Positions 1-12,091 of a stretch of DNA of 64,000 bases are shown here, piece after piece; the first letter of the stretch is position 1; every line of letters begins with the position of its first letter. Source of the DNA: Eledone cirrhosa (lineage: Eukaryota); NCBI GenBank assembly GCA_964016885.1, contig OZ024742.1, positions 311,736,001 through 311,800,000 on the forward strand. The letters are read 5' to 3'. The notes under the pieces were generated by a model. The model made no database searches, was not told where the DNA came from, and was given only the letters and a program-made list of their open reading frames with translations. The position numbers and the translations under genes are program-made.

Positions 1-53
1 TACTACATTCTTCTCACCCGTCCATTTTTCACTCCCACCCTAGTACCTTCAAT

Positions 54-2762
54 ATGTCCAATCCCAAATCTTTTCTCCGCCAGATCCATTCCACTCTCAA
101 GCTCTTGCTCCAACCTCTCCCCCTATATACATCCAATCCTCCCTGCATCTCTCTAACCTCATCTTCACCAAAACACGATACAACAGTCACATCACATTTT
201 AAGTCGCTGTCTCCACCACCACCTCATTTTCCGCGGTTTCCGACTCAAGTTTCCACCCACCTCTTACTCTGCTCCCACCACTGAGCCCATCCTTACCCGC
301 TCCTCTCGTCAGCTCATGCGGGTGATCATTCGATCAACTCTCGCCCAAATCCGTTCTCTCGACCGAGATCTCCCCAAATCCTACCTCCATCTCTCCTCCA
401 TTTGCCACCCTTTCCTCACCCAATCCCTTATCCAATTCATCCTTTACCTCAATCGCCTCCTTTTAAATTTCCTCACTTCCGCAAAAAACCATAAACTCGA
501 CCCTCTCCGCTCCCCGCCTGCCGTCACCACCTATACTCATATCACCTCCAACCGTCAACTACCACTAAATCTGCACACGCTTTGCCCAACCACCTTGACC
601 CCTCCGCTTCCGCCTCTTTCACTCCCTCACGTCCCTGCACTGTAGTTACCATACCCCAAGACCCACCACTCTCCGAACTGAGAGCTCCCTCCTCGCCCGT
701 GGTTTGCGTTTTATACCAACCACATCTACCTGCGACGAGTTCCGCACACGTGCCGAAATTGAAAGGTTCTTCTGTCGATTAAAGCTGAAAGCTTTTTTTC
801 ATCATCAACACGGACGGATGACTTCACTCGTCTCAGTCGCCGGCAATCACATTGGACCTTGACCTCTGGCCAGTTCAGCACCCTCGACTCCTTTGTCAAT
901 ACTTGCCGGCGTACTGTGAATCGGTTCCGTTTCCATCAGCATTCTCGTCGCTCTAACATCACGCGAACTGAACTCTCCGCTCTTCGCAACCGTCGGTGTC
1001 GCGATGACATTGTCATCAAACCCGCTGACAAAGGTGGCGCTGTGGTGGTTTGGAGCGCTGACCTCTATAGGGCTGAGGCTTTCCGCCAGCTTCACAATAC
1101 CCTTTTTTAACGCCCTTAATATCCGACCCCACTCCTGGCTACCAACAACTCGTGTTCTCCACCATCCACAAGCTCATCTCCTCCTCTCACCTACCCCACA
1201 GCCACCAATCTTATTGTACGCACCCCTCGTACACCCACCATATACTTCCTCCCCAAAATACACAAACAAAATAATCCTGGCCGTCCTATCGTTTCTGCGT
1301 GCAACTGCCCCACAGAGATAATTTCTGAATATTTAGACACCATCCTCGCCCCGTTGGTCGGCTATCTCCCCTCCCACATCCACGATACAAATCATGCCCT
1401 TAGACTTTTCAACTCTTTCCCCTTCCCTCCTGGTCCCTCCCGCCTTCTCTTTACCCTGGACATCACTTCTTTCTATACCGCCATCCCACATGATGGCGGC
1501 CTCCGCGCTCTCCAGCACTACTACTCTTCTCCGTCTGGCTGAGCTTGTTCTCACCCTTAGTGGATTTTCTTTTTCGGGTGAATTTTACCAGAAGGTCTCT
1601 GGGGTAGCGATGGGAACCAGAATGGGTCCAATCTGTGCCAACTTTTTTGTTGGCTACGTCGAACCCCAGATCTTCTCCCAGTACGCTGGACCGACTCCTG
1701 AGCTATACGGTCGTTATATCGACGACTGTATCGGCGCCACCTCTCTATCACTAGAACAGCTCGACTGTTTTCTTTCTTTTGTCCAATCTTTCCATCCTGC
1801 TCTCAATTCACCGCCTCTGTCTCCGATTCTTCTGTCGCTTTTCTAGATATCTCTCTATCTATTAATCACTCTCACCACACCCTCTCTACTTCCATCTACA
1901 TTAAACCAACAGACTCCCAATCTTATCTCGACTTCACCTCCTCTCATCCAACCCACACCAAACACTCCATAGCCTATTCCCAATTTCTCCGTCTTCGTCG
2001 AATCTGTAGCCAGGACGACGATTTTGAAACCCATTCTCTTCGCATGGCTTCCTGCTTCATCCAGCGTGGATACCCCCCCCCATCTTCATCCAAGATACTC
2101 TCACCCGCGCCCGCGAAACAGACCGTACCACAGCTCTCTCACCTCACCCCGCCCTCCCAACACCCATGTTCATTTCCCCCTCACCTACCACCCCATCACA
2201 CTACCACTCCGGCGACATATCCTCCGTTCCTTCCGTATCCTCTCTTCTGACCCCGTCACTTCTCGCTTTTTTCCAAACCCACCCATTACTGCTTTTAAGC
2301 GCGCCCGAAACCTCCGCGATCCTGGTTCGCAGTTCTTTTTCGTCTTCTCCCACGACTCCACCCGGCTCTCATCCTTGTTCCGGTTCCCGCTGCAACACTT
2401 GTCCCTTTATTTCCACCCTCACCACTCTTACAGGCCCTAACGGGTCTTTCCGTATCTGCCATTCCTTCACCTGCACATCCACCCACATTGTCTATGCCCT
2501 TCCGTGTTCCATTTGCGGACAAACGGGACGCCGTAGGGCGGACCGTTTTTCCGAACATTTGAGGGACATACGACTCTGTTTGGATACTCCTGTCGTCCGT
2601 CATTTCTGTTCTCCTGGTCATTCTTCCCTACATGTTTCAGTCCTGGGTGTCCTTTTACATCATGGATCACAGGCCTCACGCACCAGGACTGAAGAAAGTC
2701 TGATTCACCGTCTTGAGTCCTATTCCCCTCTTGGACTCAACTCACCTCCGCAATTTTTCTAA
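54..2762 (+). pseudogene. Disrupted PLE RT/GIY-YIG polyprotein
   Basis: ORF pieces 859-1110, 1354-1542, 1394-1846 and 2166-2762 carry consecutive PLE motifs in different frames. Confidence 0.85.
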
Positions 2763-3211
2763 TATCCCGTCCATTATCACACCCCTAGATTCCTATCGCT
2801 TTCTCTTGATCATTAGCAGCTTCTCTTACTACTAATACACGCCGATACACACCCTTATATTGACATACTTTTGCTCATAGCTTCGTACTTACATGCACAC
2901 ACACTCTTTTACTCACATATACACACACATTTCTTCTTAGCTTCGTACGGACCTATAATAACACACACACACACGCACAAACTCATGCTTACGCACGTGC
3001 TAAAGTATAGCTCTTTTTAGAAAACGTTTTTTCCATTTCAGGTAGACGCGCGCCATCATCCACTTTTCTAAAAAACAAATCATACACAAAACGCCAGCAC
3101 CAACAGTTTTGCAAGAGATGTCACCATGAATGGACCTGTTATTTTTATCTAAAGACATTTTTTCCAATTCCATCCCGCCCGTCCCCTCAATCTATTTTAT
3201 TTCTCATTCTT

Positions 3212-3247
3212 TCTTCTGATGAAGGACTAGCGTCCGAAACGTTAAGA
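3212..3247 (+). ncRNA. Minimal type I hammerhead ribozyme (Neptune 3' end)
   Basis: TCTT-CTGATGA-A-GGAC tagc GTCC-GAAAC-GTT-AAGA. Stem I is TCTT/AAGA and stem III is the palindrome ACGT. Confidence 0.85.
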
Positions 3248-3359
3248 CCCTCTTCCTGCTATATCAAGCGTTAACCTAATATATACCTTCCATATCCTGT
3301 ATCTATTGTGTTGTTATTTCTGTTTACCTTTTACATATATATATATACTGTATATATAT

Positions 3360-3443
3360 AGTAATAATAATAAATTTGAAGACTAAAATCCAAAGAGGGC
3401 TCGATAAGGATAAATATATATCAAATATATAAGAACCGTAGAG

Positions 3444-3498
<55 letters not shown>

Positions 3499-3630
3499 TA
3501 AAATAACAGATTAAAGTTTAAGCAAAGAATCGCTGCTTTCACCCTTAACGGGATCTTCTGAAACTAACAAAGTCAATCTGTAAACGCTGCAACCGGATGA
3601 AGACAGGAAGACGATACTTTGGTTCGTGGA
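3360..3630 (-). mobile_element. Naiad 3'-end/pLTR fragment with hammerhead at 3515-3565
   Basis: Matches 34975-35225, but has a (TA)n tract inserted at 3447-3494. Confidence 0.85.
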
Positions 3631-3751
3631 AACGTTCCCTTGCGCATGACAAAGAGATCGTACAGCGTAAATCCATGAATAAATTAAATAACTGTTAAAG
3701 AAAATGAAACCATTTGGAGGAAAATGAACTCACTTAGCTCCCACATATATA

Positions 3752-3941
3752 TAGGAAAATGTTTAACCCCGACGGTAGAGCTGAAGCCGTTTCGACGGCC
3801 ATTTCTGGACTGCAAGCCATTTCGACGGCTATTTCTGGACTGCTTGAGCTCTGCCGTCGGGGTTAAACATTTTCCTATTACCCACTCTACTACCCTAAGT
3901 ATTGAGTACTCTAGTGCGTTATGGTCCATCTGGTTCCTTCG
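3752..3941 (+). mobile_element. Family F fold-back PLE terminal fragment
   Basis: Inverted arms ggaaaatgtttaaccccgacgg / ccgtcggggttaaacattttcc, then tail ..gtattgagtac..ggttcctt. The family recurs at 9209, 39811, 45927, 60041, 60711, 60990, 61551 and 62728. Confidence 0.75.
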
Positions 3942-4717
3942 TACAGAAACCTAGTGGAGATGTTATATAATATTATGTAATATATCCACGATGGTGCAGG
4001 TAATTGTCAAAGATTTCGGTTTTTTTCGTTGTTCTGGTCCTAGCGGCTCGGATTTCGGTCGCTGTCTTCAATTTGCATAGCTGTCTAAACGTAATGTTAT
4101 AACTCTAAGGTAAAATTCCTTATTGAGTGCTTTTGGCTGCACTTCCCGACAGCATTCGTTAGCTTGCCCGCAGCCAGAGCTTCGATTATGCTGTACTACC
4201 TTCTTGTATATATATATATATAAATCAAAATGGCGAGCTGTGTTGTTGCATTTAAGTATAATGAAAAATTAGGAATTAGAAGTTAGGATTATCCATCATC
4301 AGTTGTCTACTAGGCATCATAGGTATTTCTTCGCGTTAGAGACAAGATACCTCAGTCTAGGGCGATTCAATAACTAAAATAAGTTATTGGGATAAAAAGA
4401 AGTGGGTGGAGAAAGAGAAAGACATGTAAACAGACACGATGGGTGAAGCAACGTAAAGAGAGGAAAAACGGAAAAATATCAAGTTAATAATTCATTTCGA
4501 ACATAAGAACAGGCGAATTTTGACAAGGAGAAAAAGACAGCGTCTTGACTGTACCAGTATGAGCGAGAAGATAGACCACATACAGTGCTGGACGATGGAG
4601 GAAGTGAGAGAGAGGGAGAGTAGCAGAGAGTGAGTGAGTGAAAGTGCTAGGAAGAGGCTAGCCGAGAGAGAGGGTGATTAGCAGAGAGAGTGAGTGAAAG
4701 TAAGAGGGAGAGAGAGA

Positions 4718-4791
<74 letters not shown>

Positions 4792-4820
4792 GCAGCAAGG
4801 GAAGAGAAAAAAGACGGCTC

Positions 4821-4940
<120 letters not shown>

Positions 4941-4998
4941 ATGTATATACTTACATATATATATATATAAATATATATATATATGTAAGTATATACAT

Positions 4999-5062
<64 letters not shown>

Positions 5063-5207
5063 GTCTCTCCTTAAGTTTGTGCCCCCACCCCCACCCCACC
5101 GGCCTCGTACTTCTACCGACATTACGCTTCAGAGCTTATCAGACTTAACCAGGCTTCAACTTTGAATCATCACAAAAAAACCTAAGTGTGACGTTATAAA
5201 AAATTAG

Positions 5208-5376
<169 letters not shown>

Positions 5377-6046
5377 AATCAGACGAGAAAAATATATAAA
5401 CAAATGTAAACTCGGAAAGCGACAGATAAAATGTTCATTCAATTTATCTTAGTGTTTGGTGACAATAACAACAACTCTTCGTAGAATGAAGAGTGACGCC
5501 AGTTTAATGGGCGTACGTGTGTATATGTATACGTATGTATGTATGTATGTATGTATGTATGTATGTATGTATGTATGTATGTATGTATGTACGAATGCAT
5601 GTTTATGTGAGTATACTCACACACACACACATACACACACATACGCACTCGCGTGCACACACATACACACACATACGCACTCGCGTGCACACACACACAC
5701 ACACATATATATATACATACTGAGAGCATAAAGAAATAATTATAGCCAACAAAAGCGCCACATTACGTTCATGTTAGATAACATAAAACTCGAATATGGA
5801 GAAACGTGATTATTATACATAGGAAAATTAGAACTTATATATAAATGTGCATATGTGCATCGGAAAGTATGGTATCAACCTTAATGTATTGAAATTGTAG
5901 TGATTTCCAGAGCTTGGCAGAAGAAATGGGACCGTCCGTGTTTTGTCATATTTTTCCACTGTCTTTGTCCTTTGCGCCTCTTATTTTGAATATATATATA
6001 ACAAAATACTGGTGTGTATGAATATAACAAAAGTCTCAGTTGTGTA

Positions 6047-6362
6047 TATAACGTTTAATTAACAATTGGCAGTTATGTAGAATAGTATAGTTGACAAGTC
6101 AATGAGTAGTAGATGAAAGAATGAAGTAAAGTTATGTGACCGTATCGAAGTTAGCTCGCAAGAGGCCATGTTAGGGTTGCCAGACGAACGCGGTTAGAAG
6201 GCCAGTAGCCGAAAGGCAAATGAGAGGTAGAGAGCTGAAAGTTATTCCCTTTATAGGTCCTGGGACGGAAGTGACAAAAAGGGCTCTGCCACCCCAACGG
6301 GAAGCAACTCCAGCTACTTCCTGTCTAGAGAGCGTTACTCTATTGGTGATGTGATCGTCACA
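6047..6362 (-). mobile_element. Possible second solo LTR
   Basis: Minus-strand ends TGTGACG...CGTTATA with internal CTATAAAG. No TSD found. Confidence 0.3.
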
Positions 6363-6382
6363 ACAAGGGAGGCAACATTACG

Positions 6383-6400
6383 ATCACGTCGGGGTCACCA
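6383..6400 (-). promoter_or_regulatory. tRNA-Trp primer-binding site
   Basis: Minus strand TGGTGACCCCGACGTGAT is complementary to the 3' end of eukaryotic tRNA-Trp (..ATCACGTCGGGGTCACCA) and lies 2 nt from the LTR end. Confidence 0.85.
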
Positions 6401-6402
6401 GT

Positions 6403-7143
6403 TGTAACGGAATAAAATGTGTGGTTGTAACGATAAGTAGATGGATGAATGTAACTGTTGGTATGGTGGTTTCTATGTAAAGAAAAATACCAGGATTGTG
6501 TTGTTACAAAGTTTATTTTATTATAACAATATTCAATTTGAATATTGAATGATAAAATCAATAACACAAAATATTCATACAATAATTTGGTGGCTCTTCG
6601 AGCCACGTAAATTCAAGTATCACAGAATACGATTATAATATAATTTGTACTGTATCAGAAAGGTACAATATGTGTAAACAGAAATGAATGGTGCGTGTAA
6701 AAATACTGAACTCATTATGAATGCGTGTGTGCGTATCAGTATATTTACTTAGTATTGCAGGAGTCAGCGATCAGCCAGGAAGGTGAGAATAAGTGGCAGA
6801 CTGGTTTTTCGTGACGAGAGCTTGTAAATGCGACTTGTCTTGTCTGTATATCACTTCTTTTCTGTCGAGGCGTAAACAACCCCTGTATTTATAAGAGTTG
6901 AAGTTAGAAGGATAGATATATCCTCTGAACTTTGGTTAGTCTCCCAAGGGATTAGTTTGCTAAGCGTAAACAAGTCAGAAAGATGGATATATCCTCTGAC
7001 CTATTTTCTGTCAGGCGTAAACACCTCTGACCTGTGTTTAGCATCTCCCAAGGGGTTAGTCTCTTGAGCGTAAACAAGTTACCACGGCTTGTCCCAGAGG
7101 CGGTAAAGCTCAGATTCGGTTTCGAATCTTCGCCGCCGTTATA
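6403..7143 (-). mobile_element. 5' LTR of an LTR retrotransposon (internal region lost)
   Basis: Terminal inverted repeats TGTAACGG/CCGTTATA, adjacent PBS, minus-strand TATAAATA near 6886-6893, and internal enhancer-like repeats. Confidence 0.75.
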
Positions 7144-7149
7144 TATATA

Positions 7150-7300
7150 TAACCACACCCTTCGCCTGTTCGACTCCCTCACTTTCCCACCCGGCCCATC
7201 CCCCATCCTCTTCACCCTAGATATCAAGTCCCTCTATACAGTTATCGCCCACGCCGACGGCCTCTGTGCCCTCCGGCACTACCTCGACATTCGAGGGCAT
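7150..7300 (+). pseudogene. Neptune PLE RT fragment
   Basis: NHTLRLFDSLTFPPGPSPILFTLDIKSLYTVIAHADGL aligns with 1390-1520. Confidence 0.85.
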
Positions 7301-7311
7301 TGAGTGCTCAT

Positions 7312-7417
7312 ACGGCCTACCGCATACGGACGCTTTAAGCATCCAACACCAATTATATATATATATAAATATATAATTGGTGTGAGATGCTTAAAGCGCC
7401 CGTATGCGGTAGGCCGT
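7312..7417. repeat. Inverted repeat around a (TA)n spacer (family B end)
   Basis: acggcctaccgcatacggacgctttaagcatc / gatgcttaaagcgcccgtatgcggtaggccgt. Similar to 26480-26520. Confidence 0.8.
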
Positions 7418-7472
7418 TTGGAAACATTTGGAAACATTTAGAGACATTTGGAAATTCTGCTTCGAAGAATCG

Positions 7473-7569
7473 AGACGTATCTGAGGATCTTGCGATTTCA
7501 GAGTCAGGTTCGATCATTGCATCGATCGTGCGTCGAATTGGTCGCCAGAAAAACGATTGTAATATGTCT
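7473..7569 (+). ncRNA. Hammerhead with long stem II (family B), G12 mutated
   Basis: AGACGTAT-CTGAGGA-TCTTGCGATT..GGTCGCCAGA-AAAAC-GATT-GTA-ATATGTCT with an 8-bp stem I. The copy at 39641-39719 has GAAAC but has lost the core by deletion. Confidence 0.7.
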
Positions 7570-7604
7570 AATAAATTTTAATTCGTCGCACCACTGATTC
7601 TCCG

Positions 7605-7647
<43 letters not shown>

Positions 7648-8241
7648 CAAATATAAATTAACGAGGATCGTATTTCGGCTATTGGAAATTAGCGAAAGAC
7701 ACCTTCCGAGGGGTGAGGCAAGCACTCCATAGAAGCTAGTGTTGTAGAGCAACAACGTAAGTTAAGAGGCCAAACACACGGAGACGATGGTTAAACCATT
7801 ATCCACACAGCCATAGAAACGATCATGCCATTTCGGGTCAAACACATAATAATAATAATAATAATAATAAAATATGATTGAAAATTATACCCGGACCTCC
7901 GGAAATGTTGGTAATATCCAGTATGGGGTTTCTGCAACTCCTAAATCAAGTACTGTCTGCTTAAGCAAATAATTCTAAGCTTTTGGTATGATGGTCGAAC
8001 AAGGAAGTCACTTTTTCAACAGGCATTTAGTTCTGTGCAAAGCCAAGGACTGACCGTTATCAAAAACTCACGTGGGGCGCGACAAGGGAAACAACCCCTA
8101 GTTTTGGCGGATGAATTCAGTATGTGTGTTATTGCAAAATTGCAAAAAATCACAAATCGAATTAAGCTCGCGTCAGAATCGTTTTAAAAATTAACAAGAG
8201 CTATTAATCAGTCAATAGAATTAACTAAAAAAAATCATATA

Positions 8242-8291
<50 letters not shown>

Positions 8292-8436
8292 TCTGTGGTG
8301 ATGAGACCGACGAGACCATTAATCACGGGAGCACCCAATACATGGAGCAATGCAGTGTAGTTAGAGGGATATGTAAAGTCCCGACCGTAGCGACACACAT
8401 TCCGAAACCGCTTGGCGCCACGGTCGGGATTTTACA

Positions 8437-8498
<62 letters not shown>

Positions 8499-8519
8499 CA
8501 GATATAAATTAACGAGGAT

Positions 8520-9158
8520 CGGTGGTTGCTAGACACTACGGCTTAATACGGGATGTTTGTTTACAAACACACCGAGCATTATAATAAATGTTCGGTGAAT
8601 CCATACGTACATATATATGTGTGCATGTATGTATATATATATATTCATACTACTGTATACATACTTATATTTAAGTAACAGCCGTAGTAAGAGTGGGAAA
8701 TGAAATATCGTTTCATTTTTTCCGTTTATCGTTTTCGGTGCACCCGGCCGATTAACCCACTCGATATGCAAATTGGGCTACTCAGCCGTTAATATGCATA
8801 AGGTAAGTATATACGTTCAACAATCTGGCAGGAAGGTATACGTTGCTGACGATAGCTAACAAGCTTGAAACTAGTACAGTGTTCCTTTGTCAGTGTTGAA
8901 CAAACGAGCAACGGTGGTTGCTAGACACTACGGCTTAATACGGGATGTTTGTTTACAAACACACCGACCATTATAATAAATGTTCGGTGAATCCATACGT
9001 GCATATATATATGTGTGCATGTATGTATATATATATATATATATATATACATACTACTGTACGTCGGTATACATATATGTATGTACGTGTACATACTTAT
9101 ATTTAAGTAACAGCCGTACTAAGAGTGGGAAATGAAATATCGTTTCATTTTTTCCGTT
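8520..9158 (+). mobile_element. Retrozyme-like non-coding unit (~390-430 bp, ~1.5 tandem copies)
   Basis: cggtggttgctagacac occurs at 8520 and 8912, and aagagtgggaaatg at 8689 and 9121. One hammerhead per unit, no ORF, (TA)n flanks. Confidence 0.75.
8841..8881 (+). ncRNA. Type I hammerhead ribozyme
   Basis: CGTTG-CTGACGA-T-AGCT aaca AGCT-T-GAAAC-TA-GTA-CAGTG. Confidence 0.85.
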
Positions 9159-9189
<31 letters not shown>

Positions 9190-9208
9190 TTATATATATA
9201 TATATATA

Positions 9209-9323
9209 TAACGAAGGAAATGTGGTAAGGAACCAGGTGGACCATAACGCACCAAAGTACTCAATACTTAGGGAAGTAGAGTGGGTAATAGGAACGAGTA
9301 GGACCCCGACGGCTGAGCTCAAG
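9209..9323 (-). mobile_element. Family F fragment
   Basis: Reverse complement of the family F tail. Joins (TA)n at ..ccttcgtta. Confidence 0.75.
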
Positions 9324-10179
9324 TAGTAACGTGCTTACGCCGTATTTGACTAAATAGAATTAGTCTGTTTGTTGGGATTTTATTGATGTACATGGGATAC
9401 AAACTTCCTTTTTATAAGTATATAGATAGAAGAAAGTCTTGTCACTGTCATAACAATCACCTTTTTACAAGCGTACATATTTTAGCGCCCTTCCCACAAA
9501 ACCTTATAGACATAATATAAAACGGATAGAGTGATGAAAGATCTGAGTGTATTAAATATTAATTAATAAACTATAAACTAAACCAATAGATACTGTCTGT
9601 TCTCGGAACACACATGTACCAAGATCTAAATTTTCATTTTATCTTGAACAAAGAAAGCGTGTTCTTAAATTAAACAACTTATTCCAGAAGCTATTTTCCT
9701 TACCATTTGCTGTAATCGACTCTTCTTTAGAAATATCTTCATTTCCAAATAGCTTAGAGAGAACAGGAGGGTGGGGGGGAGGGCGAGAGAGCAAAAATGG
9801 GAGACAGAGAGTAAGAGAAGTTTATTTAAAAGTTGTTTAAGCAGAGGTTCTCAAACTTTTTGAACCACCGCCCACGACCACGTAATACCCTCAGCGCCCC
9901 CCAAACCATATTTCCAGAGTGATCTGCCTACATGCAAATTGTAAATAATATATCTATATATCTAAAACAGAGAATGTCTGTCTGTCCGATCACTAAAACT
10001 CGAGAACCACCCAACCGATTACAAATGTAATACTTATGGTCCTGTGAGTGTTCTGAGCAAAAAATATTTCAAATTTCCAATGCCCTAGGGACAGCATTAG
10101 GCGATTTAGCGATCTCTCTCTCTATAATTCTTAGTCTTTCTCTTTTTAGATAGATACATAGATATAACGTTGCGCCCTT

Positions 10180-10341
10180 ATAATTGTTTCTACTTTTTGG
10201 CACAAGGCCAGCAATTACCCAGTACATTACTGGTACTTTATTTTATCGACCCCGTAAGGATGAAAGGCAAAGTTAACCTCGACGGGATTTGAACTCAGAC
10301 CGTAAAGGAACGTAACTATGGTGGAAAGCATGGCGTCCGAT
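10180..10341 (-). mobile_element. tRNA-derived SINE (Nin-like central domain)
   Basis: Core gagttcaaatccc..ctttgcctttcatccttacggggtcgataaaataaagtaccag; B-box-like GTTCAAATCC. Confidence 0.85.
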
Positions 10342-10449
10342 CTGTCTGTATGCCTGGGTGTCTGCATTACGTCATTATGACGCGGTGTGTGTGTGTATGT
10401 ATATATATAGTGTGTGGTGTATATATATATATATATATATATAGTGTGT

Positions 10450-10565
10450 AACGTTTTTCGAAATATTTACTTCTGCGTTCACAGATTGATTTTTTTAGTT
10501 TCAGAAGATCCCGTTAAGGGTGAAAGCAGTGATTCTTTGCTTAAACTTTAATCTGTTATTTTAAT
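10450..10565 (+). mobile_element. Naiad 3'-end fragment with hammerhead at 10497-10547
   Basis: Matches 37969-38085. Confidence 0.8.
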
Positions 10566-11289
10566 ATATATATATAATTATATGTTCGTGTACAGATATT
10601 TTTGCATACACAATAGCAAAATATACACAAACGTATTTATTTCACGAGGCTCGGTAAGGATAAATATATATCAAATATATAAGAACCCTAGAGCAAATCC
10701 CGAGCAACGCCGGGCCATTCTGATAGTAATAACTAAAATCGTTAATTTATAAATAGATAAATATTATATTTATTATGTATCAATAACTATCATATATTTT
10801 TTTATTTTACTATATTTATACATTTGATATTTCATATATTATTATATCATCTCTAACGCCCCCACCCCCTTAAGTCCCGGCGCCTTACTGGATCTTCTCA
10901 ACGCCCCCGGGGGGTAGTAGCACCCACTTTGAGAACCTCTGTGTTAAAGAATCTGTCATACAAATGGTAGTTAAAATGATCATATACTGCAGTATTCCTA
11001 TTGACTAGATACACGTTTAGAACACGATATTTCAGACATTCCTGTCCACCACGTTCCCGTCGTTTGGCAGTTAAAACATTTGTTTTGCTAATTGGTTAAA
11101 TATCAATGTATAGTGAGTTGAGAATATTGATATTTCTTATTATGTTTTCATATTCTGAGAGCGGTGGATTGGCAGTATCGGTAGAGCGTCGGACAACATA
11201 TTTTGCGGTATATAGTTAACGGCCCTTTTCTGACTGAGTTCAAATCCCACCTATGTTAACAAAATGAGATGAGAAAGTAGCTCAGTCAA

Positions 11290-11735
11290 AGAGACGAGCT
11301 GCGGAAAGACCTGTCTCACAAACGGTGACCACACCTGTTTACCGTTTAACAATATCTGAAGTTGCAGTAGCCACAGCGCATGTTTGTGCATCATCAGCAC
11401 CGCATAGCGGGTGCTGGTAACAGATGGACCACCTCACAAATAAAACCTGTCCTTTCCACAAAAGTTGAATAGCAAGCGTTCTAATTTGGTGAGGTGCGAA
11501 CGGAAGCATGGCACGACGGTCAGGCGGTAATAGATGACAGTTGCAATGTACGCGTTCGCCACCTCCACCCGAACTTTCAGGGATAGCTTTCTTTCAGCCC
11601 ATTTTTGGGCAAGAGTTGCCACCCTGATCGTTACCTCGTTCCAGTTCTTGTCCACCAAGCAACTTAACCGGTCCGTCCGTCAAGCGCGCGACGACGCTGT
11701 TGAACGGCATGGATTTGCCTCTTCAGGTGTTGGTG
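11290..11735 (-). pseudogene. Tx1-clade LINE RT/thumb fragment
   Basis: GPVKLL..NWNEV..LAQKWAERKLSLKVRVEVANAYI..YYRLTV..LERLLFNF. Confidence 0.7.
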
Positions 11736-12091
11736 ACATTGCTGTCGTTTCTCTTCAGAGCACCGTCCGAATTGCTTTCATGACGCACGCTTTTTTCGCG
11801 AATTTTGTCGTTTTGGCTGGACATGGAGGCAGAGTGCGGGGGGTCGGGTGGGGTGGTTGTAATCTTTATTTAAAAAAAAATATATATATATATGGCACAA
11901 TTTCAAATTTATAGTTCATATATTTGTGCCCAAGGCCCAATTATTATAAGGGCTCCCTTATTCAGGGCAAAGCATTATTCCTCCTTTCTAACAAAAGTTT
12001 TAAACAAAAAACAAGAATATAAATGGACGTACACAAACAAGCCTTAGGAAGCGTAAACACCGTACCGTTAAAAGACAAACAACAACAACAA

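Larger units (their letters stand above)
1..3333 (+). mobile_element. Penelope-like retroelement (Neptune-type), near full length, degenerate
   Basis: Frameshifted RT motifs DDIVIKPADKGGAVVVW, YFLPKIHK..PGRPIVS, GVAMGTRMGP..ANFFVGY, YGRYIDD. A CxxxRCxxC linker precedes a GIY-YIG region (FTCTSTHIVY..GQT..DRFSEH). The 3' UTR carries a hammerhead and ends in (TA)n. Confidence 0.9.
9953..10726 (+). mobile_element. Non-autonomous Helitron
   Basis: 5' TCTATATATCTAAAA..gtctgtctgtc; 3' hairpin CCCGAGCAACGCCGGG then ..CTGATAG|T. Shares blocks with 21240-22892. Confidence 0.75.
9842..10941. mobile_element. hAT (Charlie-like) MITE with nested insertions
   Basis: TIRs CAGAGGTTCTCAAA / TTTGAGAACCTCTG; 8-bp TSD tgtttaag / tgttaaag. 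Confidence 0.85.

Noticed and set aside
11700-11765. Two minus-strand CTGAAGA motifs
   Set aside because: One lacks stem II; the other lacks GAAA and lies in Tx1 coding sequence.
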